63,845 nucleotides of DNA from Malacoraja senta. Taxonomy: Eukaryota. Shown piece after piece: positions 1 through 11,600 of this stretch (its first letter is position 1; each line of letters opens with the position of its first letter). The stretch is taken from positions 868,156 to 932,000 of the forward strand of contig JAXLNO010004152.1 in the NCBI GenBank assembly GCA_038087875.1. Direction: 5' to 3'. Under the pieces are notes generated by a model. The model was not told the origin of the DNA. It searched no databases and saw only the letters and a list, made by a program, of their open reading frames with translations. A program made the translations under genes and the position numbers.

Positions 1-2
1 CA

Positions 3-354
3 NNNNNNNNNNNNNNNNNNNNNNNNNNNNNNNNNNNNNNNNNNNNNNNNNNNNNNNNNNNNNNNNNNNNNNNNNNNNNNNNNNNNNNNNNNNNNNNNNN
101 NNNNNNNNNNNNNNNNNNNNNNNNNNNNNNNNNNNNNNNNNNNNNNNNNNNNNNNNNNNNNNNNNNNNNNNNNNNNNNNNNNNNNNNNNNNNNNNNNNNN
201 NNNNNNNNNNNNNNNNNNNNNNNNNNNNNNNNNNNNNNNNNNNNNNNNNNNNNNNNNNNNNNNNNNNNNNNNNNNNNNNNNNNNNNNNNNNNNNNNNNNN
301 NNNNNNNNNNNNNNNNNNNNNNNNNNNNNNNNNNNNNNNNNNNNNNNNNNNNNN
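3..354. other. Assembly gap (run of N)
   Basis: Only n characters from 3 to 354. Confidence 0.99.
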
Positions 355-555
355 TTGAATATTCAAACGGCTGAGCAACTCCACTTAAAGCCTTCCGCAG
401 TCAGCAACACTTCTGCATTCAGCATGACCTCTGCACTCACCAGAAATGACGCAATCAGCGAGACCTGTCCACTAAAGGGAAATCACGAAATGAGCGGAAA
501 TTTTGCTGTAAACACGGTCGGACCTAATAAAGGGGTTATTCCTTCCAAAAACGGT

Positions 556-926
556 TGCGAAAGCCACAGTTGCAAAAGCCATAGTTGCAAAAGCCACAGT
601 AGCAAAAGCCACAGTAGCAAAAACCACAGTAGCAAAAGCCGCAGTTGCAAAAACCACAATTGCAAAAGCCACAGTTGCAAAAACCACAATTGCAAAAGCC
701 AGTTGCAAAAGCCACAGGTGCAAAAGCCAGAGTCACAAAAGCTAGAGTCGCAAACGCCACGGTCGGAAACGCCACGGTCGCAAAAGCCACAGTCACAAAA
801 GCCACAGTTGTAAAAGCCACAGTCGCAAAGGCCACAGTCGCAAAAGCCCACAGTCGCAAATGCCACAGTTGCAAAAGCCACAGTCGCAAAGGCCACAGTT
901 GCAAAAGCCACAGTTGAAAAAGCCAC
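556..926. repeat. Degenerate 15-bp minisatellite (consensus AAAGCCACAGTTGCA)
   Basis: Tandem units read directly; they produce the SHSCK, QKPQL and ATVAF pseudo-ORFs. Confidence 0.95.
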
Positions 927-1217
927 CGTTTAAAAACACATAAAGGTCACTCACAGGTCAGTAGACACTAAGTGTTCTGTAGATTTCCAGCTCAGACTGA
1001 GAGTCGTGACCTTTCCCTCGCCATCTTGCAGTGACTGAGCCACGTCCAGACTTCCGGGTTTTATAGTCCCCCCACCACGCGGAAGGGGCGTGGCCTTCAT
1101 GGCGGTGATTGACAAGAGAGAGAATCTCAACATTTGTTTAAACACTAATAACTCTTTCATTTTTCATCGAGGGGAAAAATCCTTGGTCAAGATGAGACTT
1201 TTAATTAAATACATTTT

Positions 1218-1455
1218 AATAGCCACATTGTAATAGCCACATTGTAATAGCCACATTGTAATAGCCACATTGTAATAGCCACATTGTAATAGCCACATTG
1301 TAATAGCCACATTGTAATAGCCACATTGTAATAGCCACATTGTAATAGCCACATTGTAATAGCCACATTGTAATAGCCACATTGTAATAGCCACATTGTA
1401 ATAGCCACATTGTAATAGCCACATTGTAAAAGGCACATTGTAAAAGGCATATTTT
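1218..1455. repeat. 14-bp minisatellite (AATAGCCACATTGT), 15 perfect copies plus 2 degenerate
   Basis: 1218-1427 is 210 bp of perfect 14-mers; the 14-aa period MWLLQCGYYNVAIT equals 3 units. Confidence 0.97.
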
Positions 1456-3129
1456 AAGAACACATAAAGGGCACTCACAGGTCAGTAGACACCAAGTGTC
1501 TGTAGCTTTCCAGCTCAGACTGAGAGTCGTGAGCTCTCCATCGCCATCTTGCAACGACTGAGCCACGTCCAGACTTCCGGGTTGTATAGCCCCTCCCCTC
1601 ACCCCCGGAAGGGGCGTGACCTTTATGGCGGTGATTGACAGGAGAGAGAATCTCAACATTTTTAAAACACTAATACCTCTTTCATTTTTCATCGATGGGA
1701 AAAATCATCGGCACCTGATGAACGGAGGGGGACTCTGAGTAAGGTGGCCAAACATCAAAGCCGTAAGTGGTAGAGTTTTTTCTAAAATCAATATAAAACG
1801 CAAGCAGGAAGTGGTCAAGGTGAGGCTTTTAATTATATAGATATTGAATAACTGATGAAGAATTAACCGCCACAGGAACAATATATTGTGCCTTGGAAGA
1901 ATTTTGCAGGATAACTCTCAACAGTTTGCTATTATTCTGATGCTCCTATTGATAATTCTGGTATTTACCCCTTAGTCCGTTCAGTGAAAACACCGACTAG
2001 AATACTTTGTCCTTTATTTCACCATGGTGACCAGGTTTCTCTGTACCCCTCTAGGAAGCTCTCCCAGTGGATCACAGAGAAAAACATGTGCTCAAACAAA
2101 GGAATTAGCATATATATCTGTTTGATGCAGTGGGAGTTAACTTACAATAGGCAGTAATTCTAGACCAATAACTACAGTATCACATTGTTATATAAGTGGG
2201 GACAATCTTTATACCCAATTACAATCATACACATTATAATACATCTTAGCCAATCACAATAGCATTGAACATCACACGTTTTACAAGAATGATGATGTCA
2301 CAGTAAGGAAAGCGAAACTTAACTAAAGTTAACTTCAATATGCCACGAGGTATCCCATAATCTCCAGGAGACAGAATCCTTAACCCTTTCATCATAGAGT
2401 ATCCCCAGTTCTGTATATTCTCACTATCACATCAGAAGGCAAAACAATATTGAAATGATGCATCTGTATGATTCATGTCAATCAGGAGGCAGGGATTATA
2501 ACTGGAATTACAAGATCTTGAATGAAGATAGCTGCAAAGATTTTTTAAGGCCCTATGTCTAATGAACAGAATTATTCACACCATTAACTGTTTCTACAGC
2601 AAGCAATGATGGGCCTTGCAGAGCTAAAGCTGACACTCTAGTTATCAGCAAAATTGATCGTCCTATGTGTTATTTCACACCAGCATGAAACAGGCCTAGT
2701 ATTTGGAATGGATTTAATTCACCTGATAGAAATATTCAATCTAGGTTCTCGAAATCATGCTCAATTTTAAATATGTCGCCAAACTTATTATTTGAGAGAT
2801 GAAGGGTCCGGATCCAGTCTTCCAGTGTAGATGAGGGCCTTGACCCAAAATTGTCAACTGTCCATTTCCTTCCCAGTTCCCCCATAAATAGCAGCTGTCT
2901 TTTGCTAATTACAGAGAAAACATTATCCAACACTTTCAAGAGTAATTCTTTTATTGCAAACAAAAAAATCAAAAGAACTTGTTATTAAATCAAATCCTGA
3001 AGTTTAATAACTTGTTTAAAAATATAAGACATCAGTTTCTGGGTAAAACATATCTTGCAGCATATGAAATATTGGTGCAGAATTGAATTTGGGGAAGCTA
3101 ATAAATTTGTTAGCAAGTTAGTATATACT

Positions 3130-4290
3130 TAGTCATACAGCAGCAAAACAGGATCTTCAGCCCAACTCGTCCATGCCGACCAAAATGCCCCATCTAATCT
3201 AGTTCCATTTGTCCTTATTTGGCCCAATTCACTCTACCCCCCACCCACATATGTGTCCAATGTTGCTTTTTTTAAGTGCCGTTATTGTACCTGCCTCAAC
3301 TACCTCCTCCTCTGGTAGCTCGTTCCATATACCCACCACTCATCCAAGTTACAAAGTTGCTCCTCTGTTTCCTATTAAATCTTTCCCCACTCAACTTAAA
3401 CTCCCAGCTGCCTTGCCCTTCACTCTAATTGGAACATGAATGCTTTGAACTCTCCCCATCACTTTTAATACCATCCTACTTTCTGGACATCCTTATCCTC
3501 CTCCAATCAACTTTAGCAAGTTTCTGTCTCATTCTATCAAAGTTGCCCCAATTCAGAATTTTAACTGCTGCCTTCTCTCCCGGTCCTTATCCATAACTAT
3601 TTCAAAGCTAATAGTTTGATTGTGGTTGCTGTTCCCAAAAGGCTCTCCCACTAATTTCCTAAGAGTAGGTCATGCATTGCCCTGTCCCTTATATGGCCCT
3701 TTACATATTGCCTAAGGAAACTTTCTTGAAAGACATTTGATAAATTCCAGCTCATCTGAGGCCGTGGTGCTTTGGCAGTTGCAGTCAATATTGGGAACTC
3801 CTATTATAGCTGCCTGACAATCTCCCAGCATATTTATTCCAAAGGGGGATACCTGTCAGAGGCAAATGGCCCCAGGTATTCGTGCACTCTCTACCTATCC
3901 CTTTCCTGGTTGTAACCCATCGACATTCTGCTCCTATCCCAAGATTGACCACCTCTTTGTAACCCGCATCTATGACCTATTCAGTCTCCTGGATGACCCA
4001 GAGGTCACCCGGGTGCTGCTGCAGTTCCATAACACGGTCTGGAAGTGGCTGCAGCTGGAAGCATCTCTTACAGGTGTAGTTCTCAAGGACACTGGAAGTC
4101 TCGCTGACTTTCCACATCCTGCTGGAGAAACACATTGCTGCCCTAACTGCCATCTTCACTACACCAGACCAGGGAAGATTTATGAAAGAAAAAAATACTG
4201 TACCTTATGCTGCTGTACCCCTTTATGCCAAAGCCTGTTGATGCAAAGCCTCGCACTTACCCTCCACGTAGCCTCACCCACATGACCGCT
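3130..4290 (-). mobile_element. Highly degraded CR1 LINE fragments (3' tail, ORF2 pieces, ORF1 5' piece)
   Basis: Similarity to the better-preserved CR1 copies in this window; heavily decayed. Confidence 0.6.
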
Positions 4291-4631
4291 CCACTAGTGT
4301 CTGCCTTCCTTTTTATACACCCACAAGGAGCTGTCATTCCAGGATGCTAGCCGTTTTCAGCTGCAGAACTGAATCTGCCCTTATGTAGTTGCTGACATTG
4401 AGTCCTGCTATTCTGTTCCCGTTTTCAGTTGCTCACTGAATAGGATACTGATTAAATAACTAGATAAATCTATTGTTATAAAAAAAGTATTCAAAATATT
4501 TCAAAACAATTATCTTTAATAAATCATATTTCATTTGTAATAATAATTTTTTTGAAAGATTGGACCATAAATATTTCATTTTACAAGAACTGATGGAAAC
4601 CAATGAGTGCACTTTTTAGAAAAAGTACAAC

Positions 4632-6525
4632 TGTGGCGCCATCTTAAGGTCGAACCACTGGTCAATCGAACCCTTGTTCATCATGTGGTAAGAGGCACGT
4701 GACTGAGGGGCGGGGGTTAGAAAGGAAGTCGAGGGAGTGCCGTGCTGCAACGACACGCAGTATCTCTGGGCTCAGTAACACTGCTATTGGTTTGGAATTA
4801 TTTTTTGTTTAATAAAGCTTGTCCTTGAGTTCACAATGTGTGGCTCACTTTATTGCGCTTTTTTGGTGACCTCGACGCTTTCCAAACTGTGGTTATGGAT
4901 TGCACAATGGAAGCAGCTAACAGCCCGCCCGATGCAGACGCCAGCCCTCCGGCTCAGCAGAACGCCGTTGCGGTTAAATTGCCCCACCGTGTTTTGGACG
5001 TTGCAGCCGCACGTATGGTTGGAGCAGGCCGAGGCTCAATTTCATATTCGGCACATTACTGCTGACGACACAAAATATTATTACGTGGCCGGGGACTTGG
5101 ATCAGGACAAGGCCGGTCGTGTCGTTCATTTTCTTCGCCAGCCGCTGGTGCCGGCAAGTATGACAGCCTGATGGCGCTCCTATTGCGCACGTTCGGCCGG
5201 CACGGACGGCTAGGATTCTGAACATGGGTGGTCTCGGTGATCGCAAGCCGTCGGATCTGATGTTCACCTTGATGGATGGTCGTCAGCCCTGTTTCCTTTT
5301 TGAGCACGTGTTTCTGGAGCAGACATTCGCCTGCTCCTCGCGGGTGAGAATTTTACTGTCCGGCTGCGGCTGGCTGAACGTGCCGACGAGCTGTGGCAGC
5401 CAAACAGCAGGGTGCCTTTTCTATGGGTCGGGAGTCGGCGAGGCCGCAATGCAGCCCGCGGCCATTTGAGTTGAGTTGAGTTTCCTTTATTGGCATTCAA
5501 ACTTATTAGTTTCAACAAAATTGATACCTTGCAGCCATGACAGAAAATAAATTAACAGAACACACAATGAACACAGTTTAACATCCATCACGGTGACTCC
5601 AGGCACGTCCGCACTGTGATGGAAGGCAAAAAGTCTTAAAGTCTTAACTCTTCCTTGTTTGTTCTCCCTCTGCGTTGCGGCGATCCAGGCTTTCGATGTT
5701 GGGCCCCCTGCCGGGTGATGGTAAGTCCCGCGGCCGAATCCAAGCTCCGTGAACGGGCCGATTCAAACTCTGCGGCCCGGGGCGGACGAAGCTGCCACCC
5801 TCCAGTCTAGACGAAGCTGTTGTTGCGGGAGCTCCGGAGAATGGGTCACCAACTTGGGACCTGCGAGCTCCCGATGTTGTCGTCCATTGGGCCCGCGGCC
5901 GAAGCCTCCGAGGCTCCGAAGTCGGGCCGCAGCCACAGCGCCACCACAGCCTCCGAAGTCAGCCAGCTCCGCGATGGTGAGTCCACAGGCTCTGCCTCCG
6001 GAGCCTCGAGGGCGGCTCCAGTTGGAGGCCGCCAGCTCCACGATTAGGCCTCAGCGCAGATGGAGACGGAAACGGAGACACGACAAAGAAAAGGTCGCAT
6101 CCCCTTGAGGGAAGAGGTTAAAACAAGTTCCCCCACCCCCCACACATACACAACTAAAAACAAACTAAAACATACATCTAACAAGACAACAGAAAAAAAA
6201 AAAAAAAAAAAAGACAGGCGAGCCGCAGTTGCTTGGGCAGCGCCGCCACTTCCGGACTTTCTGTGTCGGTTGAGGGTTCCTCCGGAAGGCTGTTTCGAGT
6301 GATGGGAATAGAGGTAGGTGGTGTTACTACCAGCAACGCTGGGGTCCTGCAGCCCACCAATGCTGTCCGCCTTGCTTGTACCCGGGAAACGCTGTATCCC
6401 AACATAGCCGCCCACCCTGCTGATATCTGGAAAAAACGCTGCGGCCGGCCAGAAGAATCGCCTGTACGCCTGGCACCGTCATTCGAGGCGGTGGTTTCTG
6501 GTTGACACAGGTGCGGACGTCAGAT
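4632..6525 (+). mobile_element. Degraded Gypsy LTR retrotransposon fragment (putative LTR/PBS, gag-like region, protease), interrupted by an insertion
   Basis: TTGGTGACC PBS-like site at ~4863; gag-like NAVAVKLP..FWTLQPHVWLEQAEAQFHIRHITADDTKYYYV; aspartic-protease motif FLVDTGA at ~6496-6516. Confidence 0.7.
5467..6250 (-). mobile_element. GC-rich non-autonomous retroposon (family repeated in the window)
   Basis: Shares TCGCGGAGCTG..CTTCGGAGGCT..GGAGACC blocks with 15745-16495, 16700-16990 and 41980-42485; (TTGAG)n tail at 5467-5481. Confidence 0.6.
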
Positions 6526-6574
6526 GAAAACCAATGTATTAAAAGCATTATTTACCACTATATATCTGTGACTC

Positions 6575-6840
6575 CACTTTCAGAGAACTATGTACTCGGA
6601 CTACAAGATTGCTCTGCTCTACCACACTCCCCAGAGCCCTACAATTGTGAAGGTCCTGTCCTGGTTGACCTCTCCAAAATACAACACCTCACACTTATCT
6701 GCACTAAATTCCATTAGTCATTCATTGGCCCATTTTCCCAGCAGAGCAAGATCCTGCTGTAATTTATCATACCCAGCTTCACTGCCTACAATACTACCTA
6801 CTTTAGTGTCATCTGAAAGCTTACTAATCAGCCTTGTATA
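6575..6840 (-). mobile_element. CR1 ORF2 RT fragment
   Basis: Reverse strand resembles the ADDTK..FNADKCEV..FG region of the other CR1 copies. Confidence 0.7.
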
Positions 6841-6869
6841 TTCTCAACTATGTACAAAAGCATGATTAG

Positions 6870-7535
6870 TTTCCAAATGACACGTCTCCTGTGGTTGCAA
6901 AGGAAAATATCTGGGGGAAGGAGTGGTTTGGGTGGGAAGAAAAGGGTGAACCAAGGAGTTGCAGAGGGAGTGGTGTCTGCGAGAAGGGGAAAAGAGTGGC
7001 GATGAGAAGATGTGACTGGCAGTGTGATGGCGGAAGTTTTGGAGAATGATTTGCTGGATGTGGAGGGGCGATACGCAAGGACCATCCTTGCTCTATCTGG
7101 AGGGGAGGGGAGGGGGGAGCAAGAGCTGAACTATCTCGTGCAGTGAAGCTACCCAAGCAAAATAAAGGTGCTGAAAGGTGAGATGGCCTCATTCTGGTAA
7201 TGGAGGAGGCCCAGGACAGAAAGGTCAGTATGGGAATGGGAAGGGGGGATAAAATGGTTAAGGAAACTGGAGATCTAGCTGGCCTTGGCGGACAAAATGT
7301 ACATATTCGACAAAATGGTTGCCCAGTCTATGTTTGGTCTTGGCGAAGTAGTAAAGGAGGCCACATCAAGAGCACAGAATGCAGTGGAGGGTAGAGGAGG
7401 TGCATGTGACACCCCGTCTCACCTGGAAGGACTTTGGGATACCTGGATGGATTGAGGAAGTATAGGGATACGTGTTACATTTCCTCTGCTTCCTGGAGAA
7501 AGTACCTGGGGAGGTGGTAGTTTGGGTGGGTCATC
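6870..7535 (-). mobile_element. Degraded Penelope-like element fragment
   Basis: Reverse complement is similar to the GIY-YIG-containing region at 34255-34900. Confidence 0.65.
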
Positions 7536-8442
7536 ACCGCTGCTGATTTGCAATCCACAACTCCAACCTTATGGTCTCAGTCCCAAAATCCACAAATAGG
7601 ACTGGCTTGGCTAACCCATTGTTTCTCACTGCTGCACTGAAGTAATCTCCAAATACCTCGATTCCATCTCTCCATGGCTTCCCTCTCCGAGATCAAGCCC
7701 TCGTGTCCTGGCAACAACCTCGTAAATCTTCTCTGGACTCTTTCCAGCTTAATGACATTCCTGACCAAAATTGAACAAAATGCTCCAAATGCAGAAGCAC
7801 TGCATCATACACCGTTCCAGCAGTGGACCTCGGCACGGTCAAATGATACGTTTTGCACATTGTACTAACTTTGCGATTTTACAGAAGGCGAATTCACCAA
7901 CTGCACATGACCAGTTCCACGGAGGACGGAATTATGCAATGTGGCCTGAGCAAATGTTGTTCATCCTTACAAACACACGGACAATTCTGGGATTCGTAGA
8001 AATGAAAGGCAATATTGAGCATAACATCACGAACAAAATTCTGAATTCTGTATTCCGTACATTCCCATTGGCTCTATCTGATGTATCTGCGTTTGAACTG
8101 TTTGTACCTATGCACGATCTATCCGGTCTGAGTGGATAGGATGCAAAACAAAGCTTTTCACTATTCCTCGGTACATATCACAATATAAAACCATTGCTTA
8201 ACCTTACCAATGTTAATCATCTGAGAAAAGTGATATTTATGATCAGAGCGGGAATGTTCGTCCTATGATGGCTAAAAAAATAAAAATAAAATACAAATAA
8301 AAATGTTCGGCACGGACTTGAAGGGCCGAGATGGCCTGTTTCCGTGCTGTAATGGTTATATGGTTACTGAGATTGTCCATGTGAAACAGACGTTATCGAT
8401 ATATAAGGTAGACAAACATGCTGTAGAACCTCAGCGGGCAGT

Positions 8443-8728
8443 AAGTGCAATCTCACAGCACCCCAAGTAGAGTGCAGGCAGCAAGTGCAATCTCACAGCA
8501 CCCCAAGCAGAGCTCAGGCAGCAAGTGCAATCTCACAGCACCTCGAGCAGCGTGCAGGCATCGTGCAATCTCACAGCACCACAAGCAGAGTGCAGACAGA
8601 AAGTACAATATCTCAGCACCCCAAGCAGTGTGCAGGCAGCAAGTGCAATCTCACAGCACCACAAGCAGAGTGCAGGCAGCAAGTGCAATATCTCAGCACC
8701 CCAAGCAGAGTGCAGACAGCAAGTGCAA
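8443..8728. repeat. ~40-bp minisatellite, ~7 copies (GCAAGTGCAATCTCACAGCACCCCAAGCAGAGTGCAGGCA)
   Basis: Tandem units read directly, with no unique spacers. Confidence 0.93.
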
Positions 8729-9915
8729 TGTGGAGAGGATGTTTCCACTAGTGCGCGAGTCTAGGACCAGTGGCCTAAGACATTCCTTGAGGAAGGAGAT
8801 GAGCAGGAATTTCTTAAGTCAGAGGGTGGTGAACTGTGGAATTCATTGCCACAGACAGCTGTGGAGGCCAAGTCAATGGACTTTTTCAGGAGGAGATTGA
8901 TAGATTCTTGATTGATACGGGTTTCAGAGGTAATGGGGAGAAGACAGGAGAATGGGTTTGAGAGGGAAAGATAGATAGAGTCATAGAGTGATACAGTGTG
9001 GAAACAGGCCCTTCGGCCCAGCATGTCCCATCTACACTAGTTCCACCTGCCCACGTTTGATCCATATCCTTCCAATCCTGCCCTATCCATGTACCTGTCT
9101 AACTGTTTCTTAAATGTTGCGATAGTCCCTGCCTCAACTATCTCCTTTTCAGCTTGTTCCATACACCTACCACCCTTTGTGTGAAAAAATACCTCTCGGA
9201 TTCCTATTAAAGATTTTCCCCTTCACCTTAAACTTGTGTCTTCTGCTCCTCGACTCACCTACTGTGGGCAAAAGGCTGAACCATATATATTCAAATCATG
9301 ATTTTATACACCTCTATTAGATCATCCCTCATCCTCCTGTGCTCTATGAAATAGAGTCCCAGCCTACTCAACCTCTCCCTATAGGTCAGGCCCTCTAGTC
9401 CTGGCAACATCTTCACTGCACCCTTTCCAGTTTGATGACATATTTCCTATAACATGGTGCCCAGAACTGAAAACAATACTCTGAATGCGGCCTCGCCAAC
9501 TTCTTATGCAACTGCAACATGACCTCCCAACTTCTATGCTCAGCCTGACCCGCTGAGCTATTCCAGCACTATGTGAAACGTCACAGAACAGGGCAAGATT
9601 AGCAACTTTGTTGATGATACAGAAGTGAGTGGTTTTGCAGATAGCGAAGATGGTTGTGAAAGATTGCAGCAGGATCTGGATCAATTAGCCTGGTGGGCAG
9701 AGGAATGGTTGATGGTTGCATGGTTCCTTGAAGGTCGAGTCGCAGGTACATCAGGTGGTCAAAAAGTATTTTACCACTTTGACCTTCATCAGTCAGAGTA
9801 TTGAGTACAGAAGTTGGGAGTTGTATAAGACGTTGATGAGACCGCATTTAGAATATTCTGTTCAGTTCTGGGCACCACGTTATAGGAAAGATGTCAAACT
9901 GAAAAGAGTACATAG
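8729..9915. mobile_element. Mosaic of CR1 ORF2 3' fragments (+ 8729-8975, - 8976-9545, + 9595-9915)
   Basis: Motifs MFPLVRESRT, RPHLEYSVQFW and CR1 3' tails. Confidence 0.8.
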
Positions 9916-9916
9916 A

Positions 9917-10982
9917 TCCCCGTCCTGGATCAGTCCAATCGGGGTTGTGTCGTCCGCAAACTTGAGAAGCTTGACAGAGTTGTCTGTGGGGGTGCAGTCA
10001 TTGGTGTAGCGAGAGTAGAGGAGAGGGGAGAGTACGCATCTTGCGGTGCTCCTATGCTGAGCGTTTGCGGGTCCGAGATATGCTTTCCCAGCCTCACATG
10101 CTGCTTCCTGTCCGTCAGAAAGCTGGTGATCCACCGACAGAGGGGTTCAGGCACAGTCAACTCAGAAAGTTTGGAGCGTAGTAGCTTTGGCACAATGGTG
10201 TTGAATGCATATCTAAAATCAACAAAGAAAATCCTCGCATAGGTCCCCTGGCGGTCTAGGTGCTGGACGATGAAGTGCAGGCCCAGATTGACTGCGTCAT
10301 CCACAGATCTATTGGCCCAATATGCAAACTGCAGAGGGTCCAGCAGGGGGTTGTGATATTTTTCCGTTTGGTCAGCACAAGCCTTTCAAGGGTTTTCATG
10401 ACTACAGAGGTCAGTGCGACAAGTCTGTAGTCATTAAGACCAGTAATCCATGCCTTTTTGGGTACAGGGACAATAGTGGAGACTTTGAAGCAGGCAGGGA
10501 CATTACATGTTTGCAGGGACTGGTTAAAAATTAGTAATTGCCTGTGAAGTGGTGATTGGAGTGGGGTGGGTGTAGAAGGGCCCAGTCTTTGCAGACTGAG
10601 GTCAGGCTGTGAGTGGGTGTGAAGTGTTGGTTGGGGTGGGAAAGGGTCCACTCTTTTCATACTGGAGTCTTGCCTTAAGTAGATGTGAAGTGGTGAATGG
10701 GAAGGAGAGGGTGTAGGGTCGATTCTTTGCAGACTGGGGTCTGGCTGTGTTTGTTGGGGAGGGAGTACCAGGGTTACATTTCTGATTTTCAAGCCTGCAG
10801 TAAAACTCATTCAGGTCGTTCGTCAGCTGACATTGTCCAAAGAGCGGGGGGCTTTCCTCTTATAGCTGGTGATTTCTTGGATGCCCTTCCAAATTGAAGA
10901 AGTGCCTCTCGTTGAAAACTTGCTCCTCAACTTTGAGAAGGAGTACCTTTCCTTGGCAGCCCTGATTCCTCTTCTCAGCTCT
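9917..10982 (-). mobile_element. Rex1/Babar-type LINE RT fragment
   Basis: [42 protein letters not shown] and KFADDTT motifs, with frameshifts. Confidence 0.85.
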
Positions 10983-11028
10983 TTATCGAGTAGGCTATCT
11001 TTTAACACTTTAACCTGGCTGCAGCACC

Positions 11029-11577
11029 GTGGATCAGGGGGACATTCAAGAGGGGGGAGTTAGAAGAAATGCCGTTGTGATAGGGGATAGTATTATTCGG
11101 GGGGTAGATAAGGTTCTCTGCGGCCAGCAGAACATGTCCCGAAGGCTGTGTTGCCTACCCGGTGCTAGGGTTAAGGATATCTCTGCGATGCTGGAGAGAA
11201 ATTTGCAGAGGGAGGGGGAGGATCCAGTGGTCGTGGTCCATGTGGGGACCAATGACATAGGAAGGACGAGGAAGGAGGATCTGCTGAAGGAGTTTGAGCA
11301 GTTAGGGAATAAATTAAAAAGCAGAACCTCGAGGGTACTGATCTCCGGATTGCTACCTGAGCCACGGGCCAAATCGGCGAGAGTACGTAAAATTAAAAAG
11401 CTGAATGCGTGGCTCAAAGACTGGTGTGGGAAAAATGGGTTTGGTTTCTTGGGCCACTGGCACCAGTACTGGGACAGGGAGGATCTGTTCTGTAAGGACG
11501 GACTTCACCTGAACGGTGCTGGGACTGGGGTCCTGGCAAATCATATAACTAGGGCAGTAGAGAGGTCTTTAAACTAA
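11029..11577 (+). CDS. CR1 ORF1 C-terminal SGNH/GDSL esterase domain (5'-truncated)
   Basis: GDS (VIGDSII), G (LPGA), N (HVGTND) and DxxH (DGLHL) blocks. Confidence 0.9.
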   Translation: MDQGDIQEGGVRRNAVVIGDSIIRGVDKVLCGQQNMSRRLCCLPGARVKDISAMLERNLQREGEDPVVVVHVGTNDIGRTRKEDLLKEFEQLGNKLKSRTSRVLISGLLPEPRAKSARVRKIKKLNAWLKDWCGKNGFGFLGHWHQYWDREDLFCKDGLHLNGAGTGVLANHITRAVERSLN

Positions 11578-11600
11578 GTAGCGGGGGGGAGGTATCAAGG

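Larger units (their letters stand above)
556..1841 (-). mobile_element. Two tandem copies of a non-autonomous Helitron-like 5' segment with internal minisatellites
   Basis: Minus strand begins A|TCTATATAATTAAAAGCCTCACCTTGACC at 1841; a similar motif lies at ~1185-1212; 930-1180 and 1455-1705 are diverged duplicates. The 3' end is not seen (gap). Confidence 0.55.

Noticed and set aside
355-1692. Repetitive Cys/His-rich ORFs
   Set aside because: They are translations of 14/15-bp minisatellites, open in many frames on both strands.
8443-8728. CRISPR-like array
   Set aside because: Contiguous tandem units with no unique spacers, no cas genes, and a eukaryotic context.
11029-11577. Host lipase/esterase gene
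   Set aside because: It is CR1 ORF1, directly upstream of ORF2 and inside the TSD.
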